A DNA stretch of 64,000 nucleotides, from contig OX597838.1 of NCBI GenBank assembly GCA_951406725.2, forward strand, positions 42,408,001-42,472,000. The letters are read 5' to 3'. Positions 38,347-52,371 of the stretch are shown here, in pieces. Both the position numbers and the translations under genes were made by a program. The notes under the pieces were generated by a model. The model did no database searches, was not told the origin of the DNA, and saw only the letters and a list, made by a program, of their open reading frames with translations. The DNA is from Octopus vulgaris. Lineage: Eukaryota. The first letter of the stretch is position 1. The number at the start of each line of letters is the position of its first letter.

Positions 38347-39209
38347 TTATTATTATTATTATTATTATTATTATAGTTGCAAATAAGTGTCACCATCATA
38401 CATGCATTACCATTCATTTTCAGTTTTCTGTGAAAAAGTGCCTGGCCATATATAAATATTATCTTACGTGGAAACAGGTGAGGTTGCTGATAGAAGGGCA
38501 TGTGGCTGTAGAAAACCTGCCTCAACAAATTCTGACTCATTCAAACATAGAAAAAAGGACTCTAAAACGACGACGCTGACGGTGGTGGTGGTGGTGGTGC
38601 AGTTGTCATCCTCACCCTATCGTTACTTAGAGTTTGTTATTCAACAAAATATCTGAAAAACTTTTTAAAAGTCTGAACCACATTTTTGAGGCTATGCACC
38701 CCACCAAGTAGGGTAATCCAAAGGAATAATAAGGTTAGGCAGAAGTTCACTTGTGAAATGTAAACAAGAGGAAATTGCTTCGAGGTAGATGGCAGATCTA
38801 CATTGTACAATGATCAGCTGTTAGACAGCTTACAGTTGTGAATTTAAATCCCATCAAGTTTACTCTTGCACAGGTAACATATTTGAATAACCATTGTATG
38901 TAAACATTCTTTGTCTTGTTATGGAAATTGTCTTGAATTAAAGTTAATGAGGACAAAATATCAGAAATTAGATTATTGTAATTTCAGGTCTTCTCTCTCT
39001 TTGCTCTCTAAATTCAGTGTCAAATACCTTATATACATGAAATTAATTACAGAACAGGTTGATGATAAGCAGTGACCAACTTTTAATTATTTCTTTTACA
39101 ATACAGTGTGTGGGTGTGTGTGTGTGTGTGTGTGTGTGTGATGTAATCTAGTGTATGTTAGTGTATGCATTTTAGACTATTTTAGTATTAGAACAGAGTA
39201 CAAAATATT

Positions 39210-39420
39210 CATTTCTACTCTAGGCACAAGACTCAAAATTTTTCAGGAGAGGGCCAATCGATTAGATTGACCCCAGTACACAACTGGTACTTAATTTATT
39301 GACCTTGAAAGGTGAAAGGCAAAGTCGACCTCGGCGGAATTTTAACTCAGAGTGTAAAAACAGACGAAATACCGCTAAACATTTCACCCAGCATGCTAAC
39401 GTTTCTGCCAGCTTGCTGCC
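39210..39420 (-). mobile_element. SINE family B
   Basis: Full reverse-complement copy. Confidence 0.75.
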
Positions 39421-40191
39421 TCTCAGAGTACAAAATATTGCGTGTTTGGTTGTCAAAGTCATACAGAGGAAATTACAATACTCTAGAAATGTCTTCAGAA
39501 GAGAGAATGACTCTTATTTGGCATGACAGGGACAAATGAAGTTGTTCAAGTCGGAATTTGCTGAAGAGTATGAGGGAATCTTTAGGGGGAACCCTTTTGA
39601 TACCAACCTGCCAGAGACTACCTCTGTTCCATGATACCTATTTCTTGTTTTAGCATTTTGGTACCAACCCACCTGTTGCTACCCTGGTTCCATGATATAA
39701 ATTGCCTGTTTTAAAGAAATCTAAATAAAAACCTTCCATCAAAATTCCATGTGAATTTATGTTCCAACAACTGGCTTAATAATATGGCATAATTATTTTA
39801 ATAAATTTTTTGTTATTTTCAAAATTAAATGAAATAATGACAGAAAAATGGTAACAATAGCAACAGTATAATATGGGTAAGTGGTAAGAGGTTCTTGAGA
39901 GCTACTGTTCAAGCAGTTACTAGAAAGTGGTGTTGATGGGATGAGACAATGTAGTATATATATATATATAATTAGATAAGGCCAGTTTATGGGATTACCC
40001 TGGGTTTCACTTCCATAAAGTGCTTAGCTTTATGGTGTACCATCAAATCCTAAACCTGTTAGCTTATGGCCTTAAGCCAATAGGTTTGAGATCTCAACTT
40101 AGAGTGTGCTTCCTTTTCAGACTAATGTTTCACAAACGATATATATACATATATGTATATATATATATTTATATATATATATATATATACA

Positions 40192-40254
<63 letters not shown>

Positions 40255-40324
40255 GTATGTTGATGCAAACAAGAGAAATAGAACTCAAAATATGATTATA
40301 TGTACATTTTTATTAATATTTAGC

Positions 40325-41437
40325 AGAAGTAACAGAAAGACATGGGATGAAGTGATGAGGACTGATCTTGGGATGGTGGGGCTCATGGAGGAAATGACAA
40401 TGGACTGAGATGTTTGACAATATTAGGTTCTAGAGAAAACCTGCCCATGTCAGCAAAACTGAGTGTTAGAATAGTTGTGTACCACCCATATGTAAAAACA
40501 AACTTTTCACACACCCTACCCCGAGAAACTGAACTACATCTCCTCTTCTAAACAGCATCTTTCTCTTCCTCACATTTCCTCTTCATAAACTATGGTCATC
40601 TTCCAATCCTCATTCTTGCCCTCACCCCAGGTTTTTGCCAGTCACTGCAATCCCCACTCCCTACTTGCACCTTCTTGGCAATACCTGACTGCACATATTA
40701 CAACCTTCATAACTCTCTTTTCTTTACACCACCATCACATCCATGCTCTGATCCTTGTGAGTATGCCCAGGCACTTCACCATTTCTCTCTTACTCTCTCT
40801 TTCTTCCCTCACTCTTCCTTCTGGCTGGGTAGCCACGTATCTCCTCTACAGCAGCACACCTATTTCTGCCCTCATTCTTGGTCACTCTCTCACTGGGTAA
40901 CTATGTACCTCCTCTATAGCAAGACCCTTATTTCTTCCTCCTTATTTCTCTGTCACACTCTAACCTTTCATCTGATACTGGATCACCTCCTTCAATTCCT
41001 CCTCCGTTATAACAAGACACCGGTTTCTGCCTCTCTGTCTCTTTGTCACCCTCTAACCTTTCATCCTCTGACACGAGTTCCCATCCTCAAATGCCCCTCT
41101 CATTATTCCTTTGTCTTGCAAGTTACTTGGTGACCCTACCAGTGCTGGTGCCATGTAAAAAGCATCCAGTCCACGCTGTAAAGTGGTTGGCATTTGGAAG
41201 GGTATCCAGCCATAAAAATCTTGCCAAAACTAACCTCACATGTGCTAGTGCCATGTAAAAAGCACTGAGTCCACTCTGCAGAGTGGTTGGTGTTAGGAAG
41301 GGCATCCAGCAAAAAAAAAACCCCTGCCAAAACAGACACAGTAGCCTAGGGTAGTTTTTCTACTTGGCCAGCTCCTGTGAACCATCCTGCCCATGAATGC
41401 ATGAAAGATGGACATTAAGTGGTGATGATGACAATGA
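40325..41437 (+). mobile_element. Old RTE LINE 3' portion
   Basis: RSNRKTWDEVMRTDLGMVGLMEEMTMD..VLEKT, pyrimidine-rich 3' UTR, an approximately 100-bp duplicated terminal segment (41130-41335) and a GATGATGAC tail. Confidence 0.8.
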
Positions 41438-41924
41438 TATATGTATTTAAAGAAAGGTGAAAAATAAACTTTGATACAAAAGCAGAGAATAAATTGAAAG
41501 CTCCATACAAGAATGAGACTATTCAGATAATATTGCTCAAACGTTTTTGTCTTCCTATTGACGTATCATTGAGTGTAGCAACTAAAAATTATGATGCAGC
41601 ACATTAATGATGTATTTGTTTCTGTTGTCATTGATAACATTTCATCTACCATATTTACTTAAGATATTGAGTGATGGAAGCTTTCAGCTATTGTCGGCTA
41701 ATTTTATTTTTAATGTAATGCATTGTAGAGGTGGGCTATATAATTACAGGCCTTTAATTGCTTTTAGTATTTCAAGGTTTGTTTATTCTTTTATTCTTAT
41801 CATTATTATCATTAGTATTAGTATTAGTATTATTACTGTTGTTGTTGTTATTCATGTTTCAAGACATATCAGTGTTCTGTTATTTATTCAGCCATTTCGT
41901 CCTTGGTGCTTTGCACCTTCATGT

Positions 41925-42120
41925 TTTATCTTTTACTTGTTTCAGTAATTGTGCTGTGGCCATGCTGGTACAACAACTTGAAGTCGAATACTTTTAGTCA
42001 AACAAATTAACCCCATTACTTATTCTATCAGTCTCTTTTACCAAACAGCTAAGTTACAAGAATGTAGACAAACTTACATCAATTGTCAAATAGTGGTGGG
42101 GAAAAACAAACACAGGTGTA
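41925..42120 (-). mobile_element. SINE family A tail type 1 (3' half)
   Basis: Matches 5528-5730. Confidence 0.7.
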
Positions 42121-42136
42121 AAGACACACACACACA

Positions 42137-42389
42137 TCATCATCATCATCATCATCATCATCATTGTTTTAATGTCCACATTCCTATGCTTGCAGGGGTC
42201 AGATAGAATTTGTTGAGATAGCTTTTGCACGGCTGAATGCCCTTCCTGTCACCAACCCTCACCTGTTTCCAAGCAAGTAATATTTCCCCTTAGTCAGACA
42301 TGTTTTTCATGGTATAACGGAAACAAAGAACATCACTTATATGATAGTGATACTTATTTATAAATATCACCTGATGATGAGACAAGGGA

Positions 42390-42459
<70 letters not shown>

Positions 42460-42468
42460 ACGCGCACG

Positions 42469-42524
<56 letters not shown>

Positions 42525-42690
42525 TAAGAATATATAAAAATATATATTCATCAGTATCAGCACCAAAATTCACTCACAAGGCATTGGTTGGCCCTGATTC
42601 ATAGAAAATTCTTGCCCAGGTGCCATGCTTTGGGGCTAAATCTAAAACCTCATGCTCACAAAGCGAGCTCCTTAATCACACTGCCATGTC
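42137..42690 (-). mobile_element. SINE family A, tail type 2 (RTE-like, (GAT)n)
   Basis: Family A head at 42560-42690, long (CA)n, then RTE-like 3' end and (CAT)n. Confidence 0.75.
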
Positions 42691-43951
42691 AGAGTCTCTC
42701 AATCTGAACTATTGTTGATGTAGATTTGTCTGTTTTATTGTTTGTTGTTGTTGATGTTTAGCCCTGGGTCAATTCTAATCAAGCAAGCCCATAATCAAAG
42801 CCTTTCCTACCATTGCTGTCTTCTCTTTTTAAGTGTATCTATCCCTTGCCTTATTTAAGATTATATAGAGACTTGGTTGCTATTTTTAACAGGTCAAGTA
42901 CTAGTTAGAGGTTTCTCCACTGACTGATGTTTCATCAAGTTGTATTATTATGCTACTAATTGTTAAAGTTCTTTTTAGTTTTAACTTATAAATAAATATT
43001 CGTTGTTATGTCTCTCACGTAATTTACTGAAAACATCACCTCTTGCTTTACTCTAAAGACCAAATGTTTCTTTTCAAATTGTCCTGTTAACATGCATCAT
43101 TGTCAAATATCTGACCTTTTCAAAGCTAGTTTTACACTTCATAACTATCTTGATATGTTGGTCACATCCTGACTATTTGCTGCAGACTAGTCACTGAAAT
43201 ATATGCAAAATATATTACATCTCTCTCTCTCTCACACACACACTAATGAATCTTGAGAGCCGGAAGATAATCAGAAAGGTTATTATACTCCAGTTGTCTA
43301 TTTTAACATTCCTTTTAGTATCTATCATCTCATCTTCCTGCACAACATATATAATCATTCACAATATCTTTAAAAATCCACTTATAAATAATTATTTCTT
43401 GCGAAACACTTTCAGTTTCAAAAGATAAGTAAAATAAAATGAAAATATCCTCCAATTTTTACATTTAGTTTCATTTCAGATAAAAATCATAATTAGATTT
43501 TCAAATTTTTGTTCCATGTTAGAAAAAAATCGTAATTTGTTTTACCCAAATAGGAAAAATCCAAACTCTTTGTTCAGGTTTTTTTTTTTAAATTTTGCTT
43601 CAGTTTCATGTTTCAAAACTAATAAGGCAGAGGATGAATCAGAAACACTTTTAAAATGTTAACTAAAATTTTAATTTGAACTAAAATTCAATAAAACTTA
43701 AAATTCACATTTGATTCAATGAAAAATTCCAGGTTTTCTACTTTTATTAACTTCTAATTTACCACAAGTTTCTCAAAAACACATGTTTATGAAAATATGA
43801 ATTAAAAAAACACTAAAAAGCCTTATAATTTGATCTAAATTCCCTACTAGTTTTGGTTCTTAACCATTTTGAGATTGTTAAAACAAGCAGCTGTAGAATG
43901 AGTGCAAAAGTTCATTCAACTACTCATGGAGTTTTAATCTTAAAGCTTTAT

Positions 43952-44239
43952 TATCATCACTGTTTTAATGTCCACTTTCCATGCTTACATGGATGAGACA
44001 GAGTTTATTGAGGCAAATGTTCTACAGTGGGATGCTCTTCCTGTTGCCCACCCTCACTTATTTCTAAGTAAAGTAATATTTCCTCAGGGCTACGTATGTT
44101 TCCATTGCTTGTATGAAAGTGACAGTCATTTACTTTACAACTAACACATGGTGTCAAGACAAGGAGACATAAACACACAAAAAATCACACTCACACTCAT
44201 AATATATACATACAAAGATCTATCTATCCATCCATCTAT

Positions 44240-44275
<36 letters not shown>

Positions 44276-44470
44276 GTGTGTATATATATGTATATATACA
44301 ATCACACACACACACACACACGATGGGTTTCTTTCCCTTTCTGCTGACCAAATTCACTCAAGGCTTTGATCTGCCTGGTGTTATAATAGAAGACACCTGT
44401 CCAAGGTGCCATGCAACAGGACTGAACTCCAAACCAAGCAGTTGAGAAGCAAATCTTTTAACAACCCAAC
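43952..44470 (-). mobile_element. SINE family A, tail type 2
   Basis: Colinear with 42137-42690. Confidence 0.75.
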
Positions 44471-45944
44471 CATTCAGTCGTATCTTTTCAATCATAACCA
44501 GTTGGAAGAATTTATCACTCAGCCCAAAAAAAAAAAAAAAAAAAACATCTGTGATTTTTAACAAATGGAGAGAATAGAACTTAATATTTTCATCTTCGAA
44601 ATAATTATCAGACGATTTACTGGTGTATCAAGTATATGATGTGATAATATTTCATCACCTTTAAGTTGTGAAAAGAGTACAATTTAAAAAAATTCTCAGC
44701 TTCTTGAAAGAGTCCTAAAAATTGTTACCATCTTTTTTTTCTCTTTACAGTAAATTTCAATTCACAAAGAACTTGTTTTCACACATCATTCAATGTATCA
44801 ATATCTCTGTGATTTACAAATTCATAGCAAGAGGTAGTTGTACAACTCCATTAGCAAACAGTAATAACCAGTTGTTGAGACTTAGGAGTGGTCACCCAAA
44901 ATAGTGATTGAAGATATATAATGTTCAGATAATTACATGCCACTTATGAGCCCCATTTGACTCATATCATCTCCTACACTCCCTGCCTTAGTTCTAATTA
45001 TTTCAAATTTACAACTGACTCAGGAGCTGACTCACATAATTTCTGAAAATAACTTTTAATCTATTCACTCAGATTCAACCCTAATAACAACACTGATCTT
45101 GGGCTGCTAAAATTCATTTCTTCAATTTCCAGGGCTTCACCATAATAGAAACGTTTCAGATGGCTGTTGTGCATGGTTTCGATAAAGACAACTCCTTCAT
45201 GTGTTTTTTTTTTTTGTTAGTATTCAAAAGTATTTTCTTTCTTTCTTTCTTGTTAAAGCTAGGGAGTATCACATTCAAGTTTCTATGATATCTGGGTCAT
45301 CAAGTGGAAGTTTGTTGTTATCAACTGACAGTGTAATTGTGGTTTTGTACTGAGTTTATCCAAGTAAATCTGTTGTCAAATACAATTCTTTATGTCCAGA
45401 AGCTTTATTTAACTGAATAGCCAAGCTCCTTGACTTCAAACTGGCAACCTTCTTAAGTAATAGCGATCTTGTATAAGCATGTAAAACACATACTGCATTG
45501 CAATAGTATTTGCAGAACTATAATATCATTATTAATTGGAGAGTGAGTAAAAACTGGAGCAGATATTTCAAGAAGGGAAAAGAAACAGGTGAATGAAATA
45601 TGAACGGATGATACAGGAACTTAAAAACTAAAACAAAAAAGGGGATAGAGGAATTAGATATAATTAGGGCTAGATTAATTAGTTATAATATAATTGATAA
45701 ATGAGGAGGATTTGTGTATTTACTTTGTTTTCCATTTGAATTACACATTACAAAAACATTCGAATTAGTTTCCATCATCGAATATTGTCAGTGTTGCAGG
45801 TTTCCTCCCTGAGTTTCTCTCTCCTAAAGAGATGTGATAACAATAGAGGAGCCTTCCACTCCCAATGGGCCAACTGCATGCCCAGACACCAACCCAGGTA
45901 TTTCCACATCGCCATGCATGCATGCATACATACATACATCCATA

Positions 45945-46066
45945 TGATGGGCTTCTTCTAGTTTCCATCTACCAAATCCACTCACAAATCTTTGATTGAC
46001 CTGAGATTATAGTAGAAGACACTTGCCCTAGATGCCACATAGTGAGACTGAACCTGAAACCATGTA
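45945..46066 (-). mobile_element. SINE family A head fragment
   Basis: Matches 5765-5885. Confidence 0.7.
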
Positions 46067-46174
46067 GCTGTGTGTGTTCAGTAGAGGAGCCTGGTGGTCT
46101 GGGTTAGTACTTGAACATTAACATTATCCTTTAGGGTTGTTAACAAAAAAGAGATAAGTAATTTTATAAAATAA

Positions 46175-46390
46175 TGGTTTCACAATTTGTCACAGGGCCA
46201 GTAATTTGGAGAAGAGTGGGTAAGTTGATTACATCAACCACAGTACTTGACTGGTCCTTAATCTATCGACCCAGAAAGGATGAAAGGCAAAGTCAACCTT
46301 GGCAGAATTTGAGCTCAGAAAGCAAAGACAGACAAAATGGTGCCAAGTGTTTTGTCAGGCAGGCTAATGGTTCTGCCAGCTTGCCATCTT
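46175..46390 (-). mobile_element. SINE family B
   Basis: Reverse-complement copy. Confidence 0.7.
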
Positions 46391-47279
46391 CAATTTTATA
46401 AAATAATAATTAAATATAGATTTTCTTTATAATTTTAACACTTTCTCTTTGGTGTTTATTTGATAATTGTTCTTGTTACTTATTTTTTTTATAATTGCTG
46501 AAAATATAAACACCCGAAATAATTCAACACTATAGACTTCTTTTTGTTTTCATATTGGCACTTCTCTTTCTGAAATTTGCAATAATTGAAGAAAGACATC
46601 TACTGTAGTAAATATTTTGGGATTTAATGGGATTGTCCCTTTCGGTAGGTTTTGGTTCCTATATTATGTAGTATCTGAAAATTGAAACCAAAATTAATTT
46701 ATTTATGAAAGGAAACAAAAATTTATAATAAGTTTATGGGAATGCATTGATTTCAAATTATTATTTATGGCCTTTGCCTCAGTCTGCTTGTAGGTCAAGT
46801 AGGCTCCACTTTTTATGATTTAGCTATTAATAAGAGAAAGAGCGTCCAGCTGTAAATCAACTGCTCCATCCATATGCCAATTTGGAAAACTACTCCACCA
46901 ATGCAAATGTGGAATAACTGAACTCCAAGAACCTCTACCCCTCCCATTCCTACCCATCTCATACCTCTCTGACATCCACTATAACACCACATCATCACAG
47001 TCATTATCACTTTCCAGCTCTACCACCCACACACTCACTTCTAAAATGTAAGTAGTCACATGGCTATATGACTAAAGCAAGAAACCTATTCTGTTCTGGC
47101 TCTTTTCCCTCATATTTTGTCCCTGTCTCTCATGTCTCCAGTTATGTAAACCTTTTGAGAAAGCATCTTACATTCAGAGACTTGTGAGCAACCATTTGTT
47201 CTCCTTCACCACATGTTCTACATACAACCATGTTATCTTTCATATCTGTAGTCTCTGTGATTTATCTCATTTTGACAGG

Positions 47280-47560
47280 AAATACAGAGAATTTGGAATT
47301 ACTATAACAAAGTTGATATTATACCAACAAGAGACTAGAAACAATAGCAAAAATATTTGAAGGTTGGTTGAAGATATTGGGTATTGAGGTGAATTTCATA
47401 ACTACAGAAAATTTGTTTGCTTGGCACAGCAAGAACCATTAAGAAAAATACTATGTACATAAGTTTGTGGGATGTAGCTCAATATTTAGCTATCCCATTC
47501 CAACTGGACAACAACGAAATGCTTAGTGAAAAATTAAAAAACATAAAGGATAATAATATT
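47280..47560 (+). mobile_element. Decayed R4/Dong-like LINE 3' end
   Basis: LETIAKIFEGWLKILGIEVNF then (frameshift) LQKICLLGTARTIKK, the typical C-terminal motif of RLE LINEs. Confidence 0.65.
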
Positions 47561-48061
47561 TATAATTTGGTGGTCCTCGATGTGTTCAGCAGTGTGGATG
47601 ATACCTTCAGATCAGTGGCCATTTATACTCTGATTGGGGTAGAGCAGTAGAACAGCCAGTCATCTTCAGTAGTTTAGAAGCATTATGGATCCTACTAATT
47701 AGTGTTAATAGGCTATTGGAAGGGCATCTTGGACACACACTCTGATTATGTAAGAGTAACTGATAATATTAAATACAGTTTCATTCAAGTGTAATAATTG
47801 AATTAGTCTATCAGACTCCCTATGTCTAAATTTTTAACAGATTATTACTGGTCCTTACAGAATGATTTTTACTTTGCTAACTTTATACTTTTTGTCTTAT
47901 AAGTGCTGCCATTTGTATAACTTAGTCCCTATTTTTTATTTTTTATATTTATTTGTCTTTTGTTTAGTGCTGTAATTTTCTGTATATATGAAAAGGTGTT
48001 CAAATTAAGATTAAACTCTCACACCATTGTTTTACACAAACTTCTAAGCTCATCCTTTAAA

Positions 48062-48330
48062 CTGGTGATTCTCAACCAGCAGTTCTGGGCCATGGATCAC
48101 TTCATACTGAGCCAACGAGAAAGAAGAAGCTTTAAATTTTATCTTTATTTTATTGGTTATCACAGTCTGCAGGAAGTTTTTGCATTTTATATGTATTACA
48201 TATATAATAATTAAATTATATATTATTGTGTTTTGTTATGCATGTGATCCCCGCACCCCTGCTGCAAGTCCCTAGAGAAATTGTCTCACATAAAACTAGT
48301 CTGTGATGCAAAAAAGGCTGAGGACCAGTG
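48062..48330. mobile_element. Old hAT-like MITE
   Basis: Decayed termini resembling CAGTGGTTCTCAACC / GGTTGAGGACCACTG. Confidence 0.45.
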
Positions 48331-48846
48331 CTTTGGATCATGGTTTCACAGGACATTTCTACCCACTGGGCTGTAAACCCAAGCAAGAGCAATTTTGTAT
48401 CAATTTAGGTTAGATTTAAAGCTAACGTTTGCAACTAGGGAAAATCTTTCATAACTATTAGTTCACATTTGTCTCAGAATTTATATTTCCACACTGATAA
48501 AAGTATTTTGGGTTGCCTAAAGTAATTTGTGTTGTTTCATTTTGAAAGTAACTACCATATTTAAATTCCTTTTCAGTCATGGAATCCATATTTAACCAAA
48601 CTTAGTATTAGGAATATCACCAATTACTCGTTTACTGAAACACAAAATTTGTTTTCTGTGAGTTCTACTCTGGTTCTCTCAGCAATTTCAACGCATGATG
48701 TCACAGGATTTCTACTTTCATATCGAAATATTTCTTCTGCAGTTCATAACTTTGGTGTTTCCTCTTCAATTAGATTTTTTTTTCAGTGTTCTATGATTCC
48801 AGTTTCTTTGTAAACCTTATCAAGTTGTGAGATATTTATTTGGTTA

Positions 48847-48890
<44 letters not shown>

Positions 48891-50655
48891 GGATGACACA
48901 AATTCATGAAGCATTCCATATTTCACTGATGGTGCCCCAGCATGGCCACAGCCTTTGGGCTGAAATGCATTAAAAGAATAAAAGAATATCCCAAGTAGGT
49001 TAAACTCTAATGAGACATATGTGGTGTGAACTGCTGCTACCCAACATTGTTCTGATGTTATGTAATATAAGTTTGTGAGTTCATTTCAAACGGTTTTTTT
49101 TTCCAATAACTTAGCCATAGCTGGATGCTGAAATTGATGACCCTTTTATCAAAGCCCCTATGACCAATGGGAAGAAGAAGGAGTAAATTTATCCTCAAAC
49201 TTCTGTCCTAGTCTGGATGCTTATAACAGACCAGCCTTCACTAAAGTTACAAAGGCAACAGATTAACTCTACTTTCTAAGAACAGGATTGGTGCTTCCAA
49301 TAGATTTTCATACGGCTTCCAACTGCCAAATTTCAGTTACAGGGTTTTTTAGTCATTTGAAAATATAATAGGGGACATTTGTCCAATATGGCATACTGAG
49401 ATCAAACCCAAAGTCAATGGTTATAAGTTACTTTCCTTTAAAAGACAGCCATGCCTCTACACACCTGGACTTTGCTTTATTTGTTTATGTATTCCAGTCC
49501 AAAAGGTATGGCCATGCTGGGGCACACAGTATTTATTATTGGAAATATAGTACCTGATAATGGATGATTAGGAATTTGTTCAAAGCAAATCAGAAAAAAA
49601 AAAAAGAATTTGGAAAGTCATTTCATCAGTGAAATACTACCATTATCTCTTATCCTTTCTACATCTATTAAAGATCTACTGACCTCATTCTGGTCATTTG
49701 TTGTCATGCTGCAGTCTTCTTATCTGCCAAAAATAAATAAAAATTAAAACAAATAAAATTTTTTAAAAATCATTGGTCAATGCTCACCAAGAACTTAGTT
49801 GCAGAACCCTAAATCGATATAACCAGCATTTGAAAGTGTAACACCTTTGGGTAATAGTGTTGATGTTGGTGGTGGTAGTAAGATTGATATTGTTATTACT
49901 ACAGTACTTGGGATAACTCCAGTCAGCTCTTCTTAAGAGGACCCATGGTATTTGACCATTTGACCATCTTATGGCCACCTCATTGCTAATGTAGAGCTCA
50001 CTGCTTAAAGATGTTGCTCCTGAAACATGATCCTAGTATAGAGGCAGGGATAAATTTTCCGATGGAGATTTGGTTACTATTTTGAGCATGTCAAGCAACT
50101 ATATAGAATCTCCTTCATTGGCTGTGGCTGGTGGTGATGGTGATGGTGATTGGGAGTGGGATGATTATGATGATGAAGTTGATGGTGGAGATGGTGGTGA
50201 TGAGGGTGGTGGTGTTAGTGAGGGAGGTAATTTTTAATTGTCAAATAGACAAAAATTCCAAAGTCAAATAATACGCAACCTCACAGTACAGTCATGTAAG
50301 CACAAGTAACAGTGCATTCTGGGTAGCTGAGGATTGTGGGTGGTCTCTGGAGAACATTTTTACAGCCAACTCATGTTATTACACATCAATCTGTGATAGT
50401 GTAACATGGTTCACAATCAAATATACTGTGTCATCTAGAATCAGTGATGAATGAATCAGTGATAAACGAGACCACATATATTTGTTTTATTAATCCCAGA
50501 AAGATGACAGGTAAAATCAATGCAGATGAAATTTGAACTGAAATATTTAAACAGATTTAACTAAATAATCACAAAACATTTTGTCAAGCACTTCCTAAAA
50601 TCTTCCATCTTATATAACTATCACAAGATTATATAGCTTTAACATGAATACCTAC

Positions 50656-51445
50656 CTTTAGCACAGCATCTGTAGAGTTTAGCCAGTTTAGCCAGTTTTG
50701 AAACTGGCTTGGAATTCTTCTCTGATGGTTTAGAAGGGGCTATATTTGCAAGCTTGTCAAAGGTAGTGCCGTTTTTTTTGCTACTTAATAAAATGACTGG
50801 TCGATATTCTTCCAGTTGATTATCCTTTGGTGAGGTCAGTTCAAAATGACCAATGTATTCTACTGCCATGTTTTCTATAAGTATACAAGGTACCCTTGGA
50901 ATATTGCAGTTTATTAATTCCTTTTGATCTGGCCTCCGACGGGCAAAAGGCTCATCTAACACTGGTCCAATTTCAAGGCTTAAAGGTTGTGCAAGTGGGA
51001 GGTGTAGCATAATCTCCTCCTGTGCACTCAAAAGTCTACTTCTTGGTTCACTTTGTTGATAAAAATATCTTTTCTTCGTGACCCCACTTTTCCCTTCACC
51101 TGTTGATATCAGCTTCCTTTCATTTAACACAAACTCTCCGGGTTTTGCGAATGCTATGTTATAACTTATTTCTTCTTTGGGGGCAAGACTTCTGCTATCA
51201 GAAGGATTTTGTTGGGAGAATTTATTTCTGGTAATTATTTCTTCCTTTAGTTCATCACATTCCGATATATTTCTGAACTGTTGAGTACAAATATATGTAA
51301 CTGTCTGATCTGGTTGTATTTCTCTGTCTAATGGCCTATTCTGTTGATAATAAATCCCCTTTCTTTCTTCATTTATTTCATCAGTTTTTGTTCCATTCTG
51401 ATACATGACATCAAGTGATATCTCAGATTCATATATGTCGTCCAT
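50656..51445 (-). CDS. Large coding exon of an unrecognised protein (263 codons from ATG 51445)
   Basis: Stop-free non-repetitive frame of 291 codons in AT-rich DNA. Acceptor gtgtttttttctatttgatag|C at 51449 lies 4 nt before the ATG; candidate donor AAG|gtaggt at 50656 lies just before the in-frame stop (50639). No transposon motifs. Confidence 0.7.
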
Positions 51446-52204
51446 ATTGCTATCAAATAGAAAAAAACACAATAATGAATATTGTAGAAGAAAAATTCTA
51501 CTTGGTAATCCCAAAATTTGAATTTGTTTGCATTAAGCAATAGATATGAACGCCACTTTAAACGAAGCCAGATTTTATTTATGATGTCATAATGTAAGTT
51601 TTGAAAAATTCTTTTTATCATTTCCACAATGCAGAGAATCATCACATTAGTTGCCATTTATTCTACTTTATAAAATAGTTCTCTGCATTTGTCCGCTTTA
51701 CAAATAATAAAAATATTCCTACAGCACCAGTCACCTTGTTGTTGACAAATTTTATTTTCACTTCGGCTATTCATTTGTATCTTCTTCATATTCATCAACT
51801 CCTTTATTAGTATTATTCTTCCATTATCTCAGATCATGATATTGGCAGTAATCACACATGCATTAGCTAAGGCCGCAATCCAATAGAACTTCTAAAAGAG
51901 AATAGTGCATTGGTAACAATAAATGCACAATGTATTTGTTTATTAGTTTAAGGTGCATTTTTCCATGCTATCATGGGTTAGAGGAGTAATTATTATGAGG
52001 TAACATATTATAGCTAAGATGCTCTTCTTGTCAACAGGGCTTTCTGTTTTCTCAAGAAAGGGGTTATTTTTATTGCAGAGGTTTTTCAAAAGCACAGGGA
52101 CTGGCTGTAATATCAGCAAGGTATGTCAGTGTCACCAATTGGTGAGAAGTGTGGAATATTCACACAAATTATTCACACATGAATGTATGTATCTGTGTGT
52201 CTAG

Positions 52205-52208
52205 TGTA

Positions 52209-52244
<36 letters not shown>

Positions 52245-52371
52245 TGTATGTATGTATGTATGTATGTATGTATGTATATAAGACATAGATACATACATAC
52301 ATACATACATAGATACATACATACATACATACATACATACATACATACATACATACATACATACTTACATA
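52205..52371. repeat. (TATG)n followed by (CATA)n, self-complementary
   Basis: Seen directly. Confidence 0.95.

Noticed and set aside
51373-51657. 94-aa minus-strand ORF overlapping the orphan exon
   Set aside because: AT-rich alternative frame crossing the predicted splice acceptor; no independent support.
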